Both the position numbers and the translations under genes were made by a program. DNA of 64,000 nt, from positions 1,664,001 to 1,728,000 of the forward strand of contig CBDCNP010000002.1 of NCBI GenBank assembly GCA_965219415.1. The letters are read 5' to 3'. The stretch comes from Candidatus Marinacidobacterales bacterium. GTDB lineage: Bacteria > Acidobacteriota > Vicinamibacteria > Marinacidobacterales > DATDRI01. Below the pieces are notes generated by a model. It searched no databases and was not told the DNA's origin. It saw only the letters and a list, made by a program, of their open reading frames with translations. Below, piece by piece: positions 40,656-49,669 of this stretch (its first letter is position 1; the number at the start of each line of letters is the position of its first letter).

Positions 40656-41342
40656 CTATTCGGACGGGCCCTCCTCGGAGCCTTCGCCTTCCGACTCGGC
40701 CTTGCCCTTCTTGATAACCTCCGGTTCGGCGGCCTCTGCTTCTCCTTCGGCTGCCACTTCCGCCTCCGGCTCCTCTTCGACCCTAGGCGCCTCGACGTGG
40801 GCGATAACCAACCCGGGGTCACTGAGCAGGGTCACCCGCTCGGGAAGTTCCAGCTCGCCGGCGCGAATCAACTTGCCTAACTCGAGGTGGGACACATCGG
40901 CCTTGATCTTCTCCGGGATGTCCACGGGCAAGCAAGAAACCTCGATCGACCGACTGACGAAGTCCAACATACCGCCTTCGTTCTTGACGCCGACCGGGAC
41001 TCCGGTGAGCTCGATCTGAACAGACAGGGTCAACACGTGGTCCATCGCCACCCGGATCAAATCGGCGTGGAGAAGTTCGTGCTCGATCGGCTCCAGCTGA
41101 TAGTCCTTCACCATCACGTTCTCGGTGCCCTTGGCACCCTTGACCTGTAGGTCGAAAATCGTGTTCGCGCCTGCGTCGGAGCGCAGGATTCCGATCAGCA
41201 CGTTAGGGTCGATAGCCACCGGAATGGAATCCTTCTTTTCCCCGTACACGATCGCTGGGATCATGCCCTTGGCGCGAAGCCTCCGGTTCGCTCCCTTGCC
41301 AAAAGAAGCCCGCGGTTGGGCCTCAACGACCATCTTATCCAT
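40656..41342 (-). CDS. rplY: 50S ribosomal protein L25/general stress protein Ctc
   Basis: GKGANRRLR..G.IPAIVYG, HADL, GVKNEGG, acidic tail. Confidence 0.96.
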   Translation of the reverse strand: MDKMVVEAQPRASFGKGANRRLRAKGMIPAIVYGEKKDSIPVAIDPNVLIGILRSDAGANTIFDLQVKGAKGTENVMVKDYQLEPIEHELLHADLIRVAMDHVLTLSVQIELTGVPVGVKNEGGMLDFVSRSIEVSCLPVDIPEKIKADVSHLELGKLIRAGELELPERVTLLSDPGLVIAHVEAPRVEEEPEAEVAAEGEAEAAEPEVIKKGKAESEGEGSEEGPSE

Positions 41343-41511
41343 GTGGACTAGTCCCTCCTTTCGCTCTCGGTGTCAATCACCCGGGATGCCAATCTGCGGT
41401 CGCGTCAGACGCCCCTGAGAAAATCCGGAACAGCTACCATGCCACGACGGAACCCGTCGGTCAATTGGACCGACCCGGTCAGGGATTGGCATCAACTCCG
41501 TTCAACGGACA

Positions 41512-42456
41512 CTAAACGAATAGGGAGCTGACCGACGCCTCGTCGTGTACGTTTTGGATCGCTTTCCCCAGAAGCGAAGCGACGGAAAGTACTTTTATCT
41601 TCGCCTTGTTCTTCTTCTCCTGCGAAAGGGGGATCGAATCGGAGACGATGAGCTCTTCTATGTTGGACTCCGACACTCTCTGTACCGCTTTTCCCGACAG
41701 CACCGGATGGGTGCAGCAAGCAAGTACCCGCGCCGCGCCGGCGTCCAGCAGTGCGTCGGCCGCCTTCACTAGGGTTCCCGCAGAATCCACGATGTCGTCG
41801 ATGATGAGGGCGCTCGCCCCCTCGACTTCACCGATGACATATATCTTCTCTATCTCATTTGACGCCTCGCTTCGCCTCTTGTCCATTACCGCGAGCGGAA
41901 CTTTCAAACGCTTTGCATAGGCGCGAGCCCGTTCCACGCCGCCCGCGTCGGGAGAGACGATAACCAGGTTCTTCAAGTCAAGGGAAGTAACGTACTCCAA
42001 CATGACCGGTGCTGCGAAAAGGTGATCGACCGGCACGTTGAAAAACCCCTGGATCTGACCGACGTGAAGATCCATCGTTATCGCGCGGCTGGTGCCCGCC
42101 GTCGACAACAGATCGGCCACCAATTTTGCCGAAATAGGCACCCTCGGTTTGTCTTTCCGGTCTTGTCGTCCGTAACCATAGTACGGCATGACCGCCGTGA
42201 TACGGCTCGCTGATGCTCGTTTGAAAGCATCGATCATAATGAGGAGTTCCATCAAGTTCTCGTTGACCGGCGGGGGCGTTGGTTGGACCACGAAGACGTC
42301 GGCCCCTCGTATGTTCTCCAAGATCTGGAAAGAGACCTCGTCGTCGGAGAACCTGCCTAGATCGGCCTTCCCCAAGGGGACCCCGAGGGCCTCGGCGATA
42401 CTCGCCGTGAGCGCCGGATTACAGCTACCACTGAAGACTTTCAGCGGTCTGCCCAT
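41512..42456 (-). CDS. prs: Ribose-phosphate pyrophosphokinase
   Basis: PYYGYGRQDRK, DLHVGQIQGFF, SPDAGGVERAR, IIDDIVDSAGT. Confidence 0.98.
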   Translation of the reverse strand: MGRPLKVFSGSCNPALTASIAEALGVPLGKADLGRFSDDEVSFQILENIRGADVFVVQPTPPPVNENLMELLIMIDAFKRASASRITAVMPYYGYGRQDRKDKPRVPISAKLVADLLSTAGTSRAITMDLHVGQIQGFFNVPVDHLFAAPVMLEYVTSLDLKNLVIVSPDAGGVERARAYAKRLKVPLAVMDKRRSEASNEIEKIYVIGEVEGASALIIDDIVDSAGTLVKAADALLDAGAARVLACCTHPVLSGKAVQRVSESNIEELIVSDSIPLSQEKKNKAKIKVLSVASLLGKAIQNVHDEASVSSLFV

Positions 42457-42585
42457 GTGATTACGTCCTCACCTAGCTAGTTACGCCCCCGCTCCGGAAC
42501 CAGGGGCCTGCCAAGCCCTGGCCACCAGCCGGACCGGCGTCATTTAAATGCCGTACGTTTAGCCGCTTGAAAGTTGAGCCCAGCG

Positions 42586-42627
42586 AAAATTAAGGCTCGC
42601 GAAGCCCTGCTTCCGGGCTTCGCGAGC
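42586..42627 (-). terminator. Putative intrinsic terminator between tRNA-Gln and prs
   Basis: Perfect 13-bp stem gctcgcgaagccc/gggcttcgcgagc followed by CUUAAUUUU on the minus strand. Confidence 0.65.
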
Positions 42628-42651
42628 GGAACGAGCCGTGCGCCTCGCGTC

Positions 42652-42774
42652 CTTTAGATCTCAGAGCGGCTGGCCGTCAGAATGTCCCATCGCCAGTTCG
42701 CCTAACCAGGCGGTTCTTAGATCGCGCCCGACCGCCAAATTACCTCGTTGCCAGTCTCGATCTAGCCAGGCGGT
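42652..42774. repeat. Imperfect tandem duplication (2 x ~60 nt) directly 3' of tRNA-Gln
   Basis: 42652-42714 vs 42715-42774 share ttagatc, gccagt and ccaggcggt; differences are mostly transitions. Confidence 0.7.
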
Positions 42775-42779
42775 GATAG

Positions 42780-42854
42780 TGGCTGGGGCGGAAGGATTCG
42801 AACCTTCGAATGCCGGTTCCAAAGACCGGTGCCTTACCGCTTGGCCACGCCCCA
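42780..42854 (-). tRNA. tRNA-Gln (TTG)
   Basis: TGGGGCG...CT TTG GA...GTTCGAAT...GCCA; ispE-tRNA-Gln-prs order. Confidence 0.96.
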
Positions 42855-42926
42855 ATCAGCACTCAACAGACCCCGCAGGCCCTGCCGAGCTCACTACCGG
42901 GCGCAACCATTGTACCCCAATGTACC

Positions 42927-43271
42927 CTAGGTCTTCCCTGCCTCCGCCTCTTCGCCGCCCACCGTTTCCGTCGAATGCTCTCCCTCCGGGAGCACGCGCG
43001 GCGGGATGCTCGAGACTCCAGAAACCTCGGTCTGGTAGCAGTTGAGTACCTTCTCTTCCATCATCCGACGAGTATCGCTGTTCAGCGGGTGGGCAATATC
43101 CCTAAAAGTGCCGTCTTTCCGTTTCTTGCTGGGCATCGATATGAAGAGTCCCTTGGGACCATGAATGATTTTGATATCACTAATGACGAAACAATTATCC
43201 AGTATGATGGAGACAAAGGCCTTGAGCTTCTCGTCCTCCACGGGGAAAACCCGAACCTCGGTGATTTCCAT
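42927..43271 (-). CDS. spoVG: SpoVG-family nucleic acid-binding regulator
   Basis: MEITEVRV, KLKAFVSI, GLFISMPS, FRDIAHPLN. Confidence 0.95.
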   Translation of the reverse strand: MEITEVRVFPVEDEKLKAFVSIILDNCFVISDIKIIHGPKGLFISMPSKKRKDGTFRDIAHPLNSDTRRMMEEKVLNCYQTEVSGVSSIPPRVLPEGEHSTETVGGEEAEAGKT

Positions 43272-43310
43272 CGGAGCCTCCCTCCTTCAGGCGTCGCCAG
43301 AGTGCTGTAG

Positions 43311-44192
43311 CTAGTGCTCCAGTAGTCTCTCCCGATATGTGTTTCCTGCCAGAGTGCGGGTCGCAATGGCGCGGATTCCGCGTCCTTTCAAGGATTGAAC
43401 GACCGAGCGAGTCACCGCCGCGTCATCGAATATCCCAAAGACAGCCGAGCCGCTGCCGGACATTAAAGAGGCGACAGCCCCGAGCTCAAGGAGGATCTGT
43501 TTGTATCCATTAATAGAGGAGAGATGCTCCCTAGCTGCGGCTTCTAGATCGTTCATCAAGTCGGGAAGCCCGTTCCCCCCGCCTAAACTGGCCGACGCAA
43601 AGGAGTGGAGTTTAAGGCTCGACTCCCGCTTTGTCAATATCAAATTCCGATACGCAGCGGCGGTCGAAATAGCGAAATCGGGTAGAATCAACACGATCGG
43701 CACAACCACCTGGTGGGCGAGTGGGAATATCTCGTCGCCACGTCCCACACCGAGGGCGGTCCCGCCGAACAGGAAAAAGGGTACGTCCATCCCGAGCTCG
43801 GCCCCCAGGCTCGATAGGTCTCGATACGACAAGCCCACTTGCCAAAGCTCGTTGAGCGCCAGTAGGGTCACTGCAGCGTCCGAGCTTCCTCCCCCTAGTC
43901 CCCGGCCGGCCGGGATACGCTTTTCGAGCTCTACCCGTACTCCCACCGGGCGATCCACTCGCTCGGCGAGCAGCTCCGCCGCTCGCACCACGAGGTTGTC
44001 GGATCCAGTCGGCAGGTTCGGGTAGTCCAGGTCAGGCAGGTCGAGCTCAATCCCGCTCGAGCGCGACTCGAAACTCAGACGATCGTAGAGGTCCACGGTC
44101 TGGAGGATCGTCCGCAGCTCGTGGTAACCATCCTCACGACGGAACAACACCTCGAGACCGAGGTTCACCTTGGCGTAGGCGCGGGCTTTCAC
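43311..44192 (-). CDS. ispE: 4-diphosphocytidyl-2-C-methyl-D-erythritol kinase
   Basis: AKVNLGL, DGYHEL, IPAGRGLGGGSSDAA, MSGSGS. Confidence 0.97.
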   Translation of the reverse strand: MKARAYAKVNLGLEVLFRREDGYHELRTILQTVDLYDRLSFESRSSGIELDLPDLDYPNLPTGSDNLVVRAAELLAERVDRPVGVRVELEKRIPAGRGLGGGSSDAAVTLLALNELWQVGLSYRDLSSLGAELGMDVPFFLFGGTALGVGRGDEIFPLAHQVVVPIVLILPDFAISTAAAYRNLILTKRESSLKLHSFASASLGGGNGLPDLMNDLEAAAREHLSSINGYKQILLELGAVASLMSGSGSAVFGIFDDAAVTRSVVQSLKGRGIRAIATRTLAGNTYRERLLEH

Positions 44193-45037
44193 TGACTCGG
44201 CTTCACAAAAACGGCCTCGCCTCCTATTTGGGCCAGGCCGAGGCGATCCGCCCCCTCTGGAAGGGTGACGACGAATGCTTCTGGATCGAGACGGATGTTG
44301 ATGTCCAAATCGTCCACGGTCAGCGACGCCTCGATGCTTTCGCTCTTTATCTCGATCCGGTCGGGGGCAGCCTTGCCCGCGCGTTTCCAGTCCGTCGGGT
44401 AGATGACGCGATAGGGGCTGCGTTGCGCCACTCGGACCTGGTCGCCCTGAAGCTCGACGTGACCCTCGTCCATCAAAAGACGAACCTTGTCGCCCAGGCG
44501 TTCGGTCTGAACCAGTTTCGCAGAAGTGACCGGCAAACCGGTTCCAGCGAGAATGGCCATGATCTCGATCGGGCTCAGCCGGATCCCAAGGAGCGCTCCC
44601 ACCACGTCCTCGACTGCTGATTCTTCGAGGTACTGACGGCCTCGGGGAAACAAGACCGTAATCTCACCGTCGCTGGCCACTGCGATCCATCGGCTGGCGC
44701 CGAAGGTCGCCAGGAGTTCGACGCGAACCCGATCCGGCCTCTCGAAGATAATGAGTTCCGTCGCACGGAACTTGCCTTCGGGGCCCTTGCCTCGAACCCG
44801 AACCACCGCCTGGTACCGCTGAACCGATTCGCCTTGTTGTTCGAGGAGCTCAACAACTCGTCCGGTTTCCTCGGCCGAAAGGGGTATTGCCGGAACGTCG
44901 CCTACCGGAGTCACGGGTCGGCGGCTGCACCCGCCCGTCAGCAGGATGAGCGACACGAGCAAGCTAACCGGGGCGGACCCGCCGAGGACTTTCCGATGTG
45001 GCGCCTTGTGAAATACGGGGTCCATAGTTGAAACCAT
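44189..45037 (-). CDS. Putative lipoprotein, possibly LolA/LolB-like fold
   Basis: Hydrophobic signal ending LLTGGC (lipobox); beta-rich body ending LDPEAF; sits between the TPR gene and ispE; start could be 45025. Confidence 0.65.
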   Translation of the reverse strand: MVSTMDPVFHKAPHRKVLGGSAPVSLLVSLILLTGGCSRRPVTPVGDVPAIPLSAEETGRVVELLEQQGESVQRYQAVVRVRGKGPEGKFRATELIIFERPDRVRVELLATFGASRWIAVASDGEITVLFPRGRQYLEESAVEDVVGALLGIRLSPIEIMAILAGTGLPVTSAKLVQTERLGDKVRLLMDEGHVELQGDQVRVAQRSPYRVIYPTDWKRAGKAAPDRIEIKSESIEASLTVDDLDINIRLDPEAFVVTLPEGADRLGLAQIGGEAVFVKPSQ

Positions 45038-45059
45038 GGACGGTTTTCGGCCGGTCGGC

Positions 45060-47030
45060 CTAGGGAAGATCTTTACCGAAACGGGCGTTTTCAATCTTCT
45101 GAACGACCTGGTCTTTCTCCAGCTCGTCGTCCTCTTCCTCCATTGCCTTGCGCCAGAAGCGAACGGCCTCGTCGCGATCACCCTTACGATAATAAAGGTC
45201 GCCGAGGTGATCGTAAACCACGCCGGTGGTACGCAAGCGCTCGATGGCCTTCAGAAGGTTCTCCTCCGCGAGCTCGAGCCGACCAAGCCTGAAGTAGACC
45301 CACCCTAGGCTGTCGAGATAGGCGCCGTTGTAGGGGTCGAGGGCCACGGCCTGCTGAATGTATCCGAGGGACTCTTCGAGTCGATTCCCACGGTCGGCCA
45401 GCATATAACCCAAATAATTCAAGGCGCCGGCACTCTCTGGATTCAGGGTCAAGACTTTGCTGAAGGCCGCTTCCGCGGGACCGACTTCGCCTTGCCGTTC
45501 CAGTACCGCGCCTAGCTGAAACAAGAGTTGCTCGTCTTCCGGTATGCGATCGATCGCGTTCTCTAAGAAACCCTCCGCCTCTTCGAATCGCTTGGCACCA
45601 TGGAGGTAATTAGCGACAGCGCCAGCCAACATACCGTCGTCCGGTGAAGCCGCCGAAAGGTCGCGAAGCAACTTCAAGCCTTGTTCTTCATAACCTTCTT
45701 CATAGAGCACTTGAGCTTTCAAAATTTGTAGGCGCGGGTCACCGGGGAATCGCGCGAGTGCTTGCTTGTTGGCTTCCGCCGCAGCCGCCGGATCATCGGC
45801 CGCCAAATGTGCTTGGACGACATAGGCCTCGAAGCGAGGATCGTCTGTCATCAGACGGCGTGCCTCCTCGAATGCGGCGACCGACTCCGGATTCTCCGCC
45901 AGGGCTTGATAAGCGAACCCGAGGTGGGTCAAAAACTCGGCTCGCCGTCCGAGCGGATATGAGTCTTGCGGTAGCGACAAGAGGTTCCTCAACTCTTCGA
46001 TCGCCGCACGGTATTCCCGCTTGTCCTCGTATACGCCGGCCAGTGCGGAGCGGCCTGAAATGTGTTGAGGGTTGAGGTGGAGCAACCTTTGGAGAAGCGC
46101 CTCGGCTTGATCGGGTTGCCTCAAATCCCGTCGCACCAAAGCCAGTCCGAAGAGCGCCTCCGCCCGATCCGGCTCCATTTCCACAACGCGCTCGAACTCG
46201 GCCGCCGCCTCTTCCATGCGTCCGGCTTGCGCCAACGAAGTGGCGAGCTGTTGCAGGAGTTTGGGATCCCGGGGAGCCATGTCGAGGGCCTCCCGATAGA
46301 CGGCCGCCGCGTGATCGAACTCTCCGAGCTCCTCGTAGAGCGTGGCCAAGAGGAGTCGAGCTCGTTGGTGTCGAGGCTCGGCCTCGATCGATTGGCGGAG
46401 GAGGTCGGCTGCTTTGTCGACGTCGCCCTGCTCGCGTCGCACCTGGGCCAAGAGGTAAAGCGCATAGGAAGAGTTGGGGTCAATGTCGATCTGCTGTTCG
46501 AGTTGCTCTGACGCCTCGTCAATCTGCCCACGCATCAGATAGAGCTGTGCTAGCCCCAGCCGGCTTTCTCCGTCGCGCGGTTCGAGGCGGAGCGTCTCCT
46601 TGAACTCGCTGATGGCTAGTTCGGTCAACCCTCGCTGCTCCCGATTGCGACTTTGCCGGAAGTAAACGTTCGCAAGCAACCGGTGGGCTGCCGCGAGCTC
46701 ACCGTCGAGCTGAATCGCACGGGTGGCGCTCGCAACCGCTTTCTGCGAGTCGTTGGCCCTCCAATACACGTTGGCGAGCGCGTAGTGAAGGTACGCCGCA
46801 TTGGGATCGCGTTCGACGGCCTGGATGTAGTAATGCGTAGCCCCACTGGCGTTCATCTGCCCCTCGTTCATCCGCCCGAGACAGTACAGATAGTAGGCCT
46901 CGGCGGTACCGTCTACCTGCGCTTCGACCGGAACAACGAGCAGTAGCGACGGGGCCAAAAACGCCCACAAGGCAACGACGAGCGAGGAGAAACGGACGCG
47001 CGACAATTTGTCTAGGGTCTTCAAGGGCAT
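45060..47030 (-). CDS. Exported tetratricopeptide-repeat protein
   Basis: Signal peptide (VEA/Q), many TPRs, C-terminal ALNYLGYMLA...YLDSLGWVYF...DHLGD; alternative GTG start at 47054. Confidence 0.9.
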   Translation of the reverse strand: MPLKTLDKLSRVRFSSLVVALWAFLAPSLLLVVPVEAQVDGTAEAYYLYCLGRMNEGQMNASGATHYYIQAVERDPNAAYLHYALANVYWRANDSQKAVASATRAIQLDGELAAAHRLLANVYFRQSRNREQRGLTELAISEFKETLRLEPRDGESRLGLAQLYLMRGQIDEASEQLEQQIDIDPNSSYALYLLAQVRREQGDVDKAADLLRQSIEAEPRHQRARLLLATLYEELGEFDHAAAVYREALDMAPRDPKLLQQLATSLAQAGRMEEAAAEFERVVEMEPDRAEALFGLALVRRDLRQPDQAEALLQRLLHLNPQHISGRSALAGVYEDKREYRAAIEELRNLLSLPQDSYPLGRRAEFLTHLGFAYQALAENPESVAAFEEARRLMTDDPRFEAYVVQAHLAADDPAAAAEANKQALARFPGDPRLQILKAQVLYEEGYEEQGLKLLRDLSAASPDDGMLAGAVANYLHGAKRFEEAEGFLENAIDRIPEDEQLLFQLGAVLERQGEVGPAEAAFSKVLTLNPESAGALNYLGYMLADRGNRLEESLGYIQQAVALDPYNGAYLDSLGWVYFRLGRLELAEENLLKAIERLRTTGVVYDHLGDLYYRKGDRDEAVRFWRKAMEEEDDELEKDQVVQKIENARFGKDLP

Positions 47031-47062
47031 ATGTTTTGTATGATCGAACGACACTTAAAACC

Positions 47063-47091
47063 ATTATCGGACCCCCGCGGAAGGTTGTCAA
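47063..47091 (-). promoter_or_regulatory. Sigma70-type promoter for the TPR-ispE operon
   Basis: TTGACA-17 nt-GATAAT. Confidence 0.65.
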
Positions 47092-47137
47092 CGGAAGGTG
47101 ACATGGATGAGGTCTGCCGGGGGTCGGTAGCGGCAGA

Positions 47138-47166
47138 TTGACACCCCATGAGCGGCCTGTTATAAA
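47138..47166 (+). promoter_or_regulatory. Sigma70-type promoter for the LPS cluster (divergent)
   Basis: TTGACA-17 nt-TATAAA with TG extension. Confidence 0.75.
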
Positions 47167-47188
47167 GTTTTTGACTAGAGACTGCTAT

Positions 47189-47377
47189 ATGGCCATTCAT
47201 CCTGAGCTACTAGAGATATTGGCGTGCCCGGTCTGCAAGACACCGGTCACGCTCGTCAAAGAAGGTGCCGCTCTCAAATGCGGAAAATGTTCCCGGGTGT
47301 ACCCGATCCGGGACGACATTCCGATCATGCTCGTCGACGAGGCCACCATCGAGCAGTCCGACACGAAGACTATTTGA
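47189..47377 (+). CDS. Trm112/YcaR (UPF0434) family protein
   Basis: [11 protein letters not shown]...[19 protein letters not shown]. Confidence 0.92.
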   Translation: MAIHPELLEILACPVCKTPVTLVKEGAALKCGKCSRVYPIRDDIPIMLVDEATIEQSDTKTI

Positions 47378-48432
47378 GCCAACTCGTCCACGGCGGGCTC
47401 CGCAAGATCCTGTGCCTGCGGCTTCGTTCCATGGGAGACGCCGTCCTAATGACCCCGGCCCTGGATTCGCTTCGCTCCGCCCTGCCGGACGCGAAGCTCT
47501 ACGTGGTGCTAGCTGAGAAGTTTGCCGATCTTCTCGAAGGGCACCGTTCGGTCGACGGAGTGCTGCCACTCGGCCGGGGAAGCTTCGACAAGATCTGGCT
47601 GGCGAAAAGACTCCGCGGCTTCGGCTTCGACGCGGTGATCAACTTTCACGGCGGTCCAACCAGCGCTTGGCTCACCGCGGCTTCGGGAGCACCGCTTCGG
47701 GTCGGGCGGCACAACTACCGGTTTCGCTTGGCCTACAACCTGCGTGTCGGACGGCCTGAAGAAGCCTTAGCCGATCCCGCGGCCACCCATACCGTTCATG
47801 ACCAGGCCTCATTAGTGGCGGCGCTCGGAGTGCCGGTCGGCGATCTGCTCCCCAGTCTTCGAGTCCCTGCGGAGGCTCGTGCCCAAATGAGCCGGCGGCT
47901 GGGAGAGCTGGGTGTCCCTAATAGAGATTATCTGTTGTTCCAACCTACCGCCAGCTTTCCGTCGAAAGAGTGGCCCGCAGACCGATTTCTAGAGCTCGGT
48001 CGCTCGCTGAAAGAGCGCACCGGAAGACCGGTAGTGATCAGCTTGCCCGGTCCACAACACTCGCTCACCGAGTTTTTTTCACCCGAGCTGCCGGTGGCCT
48101 CCGGCCTCTCATCTGGGGAACTCATGGCCTTGATAGAGTCCGCGTCGCTCTACGTCGGCAACGACAGTGGCCCGATGCACGTCGCCGCGGCCCTGGGTAC
48201 CCCCGTCGTGGGTATATTCGGTTCCTCCGACCCCAAACGCTGGCATCCCTGGGGCGTCCCGCACCGGGCGATCGCCGCCGGTCTCGAATGCAGCCCATGC
48301 CACGGCAAGTGGTGTGTCAACCCGGCACAGTTCGCCTGCCTCACGGAGCTCTCGGTCGACAGGGTGATCGATGCCGCTTTGGAGCTCTTGCCTGCGGACA
48401 TGCCGAGCAAGGCCGCGCGAAGGGAAGGGTAA
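47374..48432 (+). CDS. Glycosyltransferase family 9 (LPS heptosyltransferase-like)
   Basis: [29 protein letters not shown] motif; TTG overlapping the upstream TGA. Confidence 0.9.
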   Translation: MSQLVHGGLRKILCLRLRSMGDAVLMTPALDSLRSALPDAKLYVVLAEKFADLLEGHRSVDGVLPLGRGSFDKIWLAKRLRGFGFDAVINFHGGPTSAWLTAASGAPLRVGRHNYRFRLAYNLRVGRPEEALADPAATHTVHDQASLVAALGVPVGDLLPSLRVPAEARAQMSRRLGELGVPNRDYLLFQPTASFPSKEWPADRFLELGRSLKERTGRPVVISLPGPQHSLTEFFSPELPVASGLSSGELMALIESASLYVGNDSGPMHVAAALGTPVVGIFGSSDPKRWHPWGVPHRAIAAGLECSPCHGKWCVNPAQFACLTELSVDRVIDAALELLPADMPSKAARREG

Positions 48433-48433
48433 C

Positions 48434-49669
48434 CTGAAGGCCGCTGCCTCCACCCTCCCCGGGACGGATCGGCTGGCCGAGCTCGCGAGTCGGGAATCAG
48501 CGCTTGTCTTCGCCATCGGTTTCTGGCTAGCTCTAATCCAGATCTCCATCGCCGCTTCCCAGATCGTGCTGACGTTCGCGCTGCTCCTTTGGCTGTATCA
48601 ACTCGCGGCCGGCAAAGCGGAGCTGGTGCGGCTGCCGTTCGATTGGCCGCTCGGTCTGTTCGTTCTCTTCAGTATCGCCTCGGCGGGATTCTCGTTCGAG
48701 CCGACAGAAAGCTTTGCCAGCGTGAAGAAGCTGGCGCTCCTCGCGATTCCATATGTTGTCGTCAGCGTGGTTCGCCGAACCTCGACGCTGGAGCGTTTGG
48801 TGTTGGTCTTGATCGTCGTGGCGGATTTGGGCGCGCTTTTCGCCCTATGGCAGTATTTTTTCAGCGATCTGGGCGACATCAATCATCGGATCCGCGGATT
48901 CATGAGCCACTACATGACGTTCGCTGGGCTGCTCATGGGCGTCGGCGTGCTCGCGTTTGCCGAGCTACTCTTTGGCCGTCGAAGGCGCGCCTTCCTCGCG
49001 GGAAGTTTGGTTTTGATTCTGGTTGCTCTGGCACTCTCGTTGACACGCAGCGCCTGGATCGGCGTGCTGGTGGCATTCGGCTTGCTGTGCTTCTTGCGCG
49101 ACCGACGCCTGCTGATCGGAATCCCGGTGATCCTAATCGGAGCCATGCTTCTCGTGCCCAGCGATGTCGAGAAGAGAGTACGATCGCTCGTCCGACCCGA
49201 TCGCTCGAGCAGAGACCGTATGTACATGTTGAAGAGTGGCATCCAGATGACCGCCAATCACCCATGGTTCGGCGTGGGTCCGAACATGGTGAAGTCGGTC
49301 TACCCTATCTATAGGTTGGAGGGCGCTCCGCACCTGCAGAATATTCATTTACACAATAATGTCGTTCAAATCGCGGCCGAACGTGGTTTACCATGTCTAT
49401 TGGCCTGGGTATGGCTGATGGCCATTGGATTAACGGTAAGCATTCGGTCCTACCGGGCGGCTCGCACAGGGGAGCGTGCACCACCTGAAAATAGCGGTCG
49501 CGGATTGGCAGCCGGAGCCTTGGCGCTCATGGGCGCGGGATTGACCGCAGGGCTCTTCGAGTACAACTTCGGCGATTCAGAGTTTCTCATGCTCTTTCTC
49601 TTTGCTATGGCGATACCGGTCGTGCTCGAACGGAATCGAACCGAAACACCAAGGGATGTGCTCCTTTGA
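48434..49669 (+). CDS. O-antigen ligase (WaaL/Wzy_C) family membrane protein
   Basis: Multi-TM, TRSAWIG, PWFGVG, HLHNNVVQIAAERGL; start uncertain (CTG at 48434 or ATG at 48371). Confidence 0.85.
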   Translation: MKAAASTLPGTDRLAELASRESALVFAIGFWLALIQISIAASQIVLTFALLLWLYQLAAGKAELVRLPFDWPLGLFVLFSIASAGFSFEPTESFASVKKLALLAIPYVVVSVVRRTSTLERLVLVLIVVADLGALFALWQYFFSDLGDINHRIRGFMSHYMTFAGLLMGVGVLAFAELLFGRRRRAFLAGSLVLILVALALSLTRSAWIGVLVAFGLLCFLRDRRLLIGIPVILIGAMLLVPSDVEKRVRSLVRPDRSSRDRMYMLKSGIQMTANHPWFGVGPNMVKSVYPIYRLEGAPHLQNIHLHNNVVQIAAERGLPCLLAWVWLMAIGLTVSIRSYRAARTGERAPPENSGRGLAAGALALMGAGLTAGLFEYNFGDSEFLMLFLFAMAIPVVLERNRTETPRDVLL

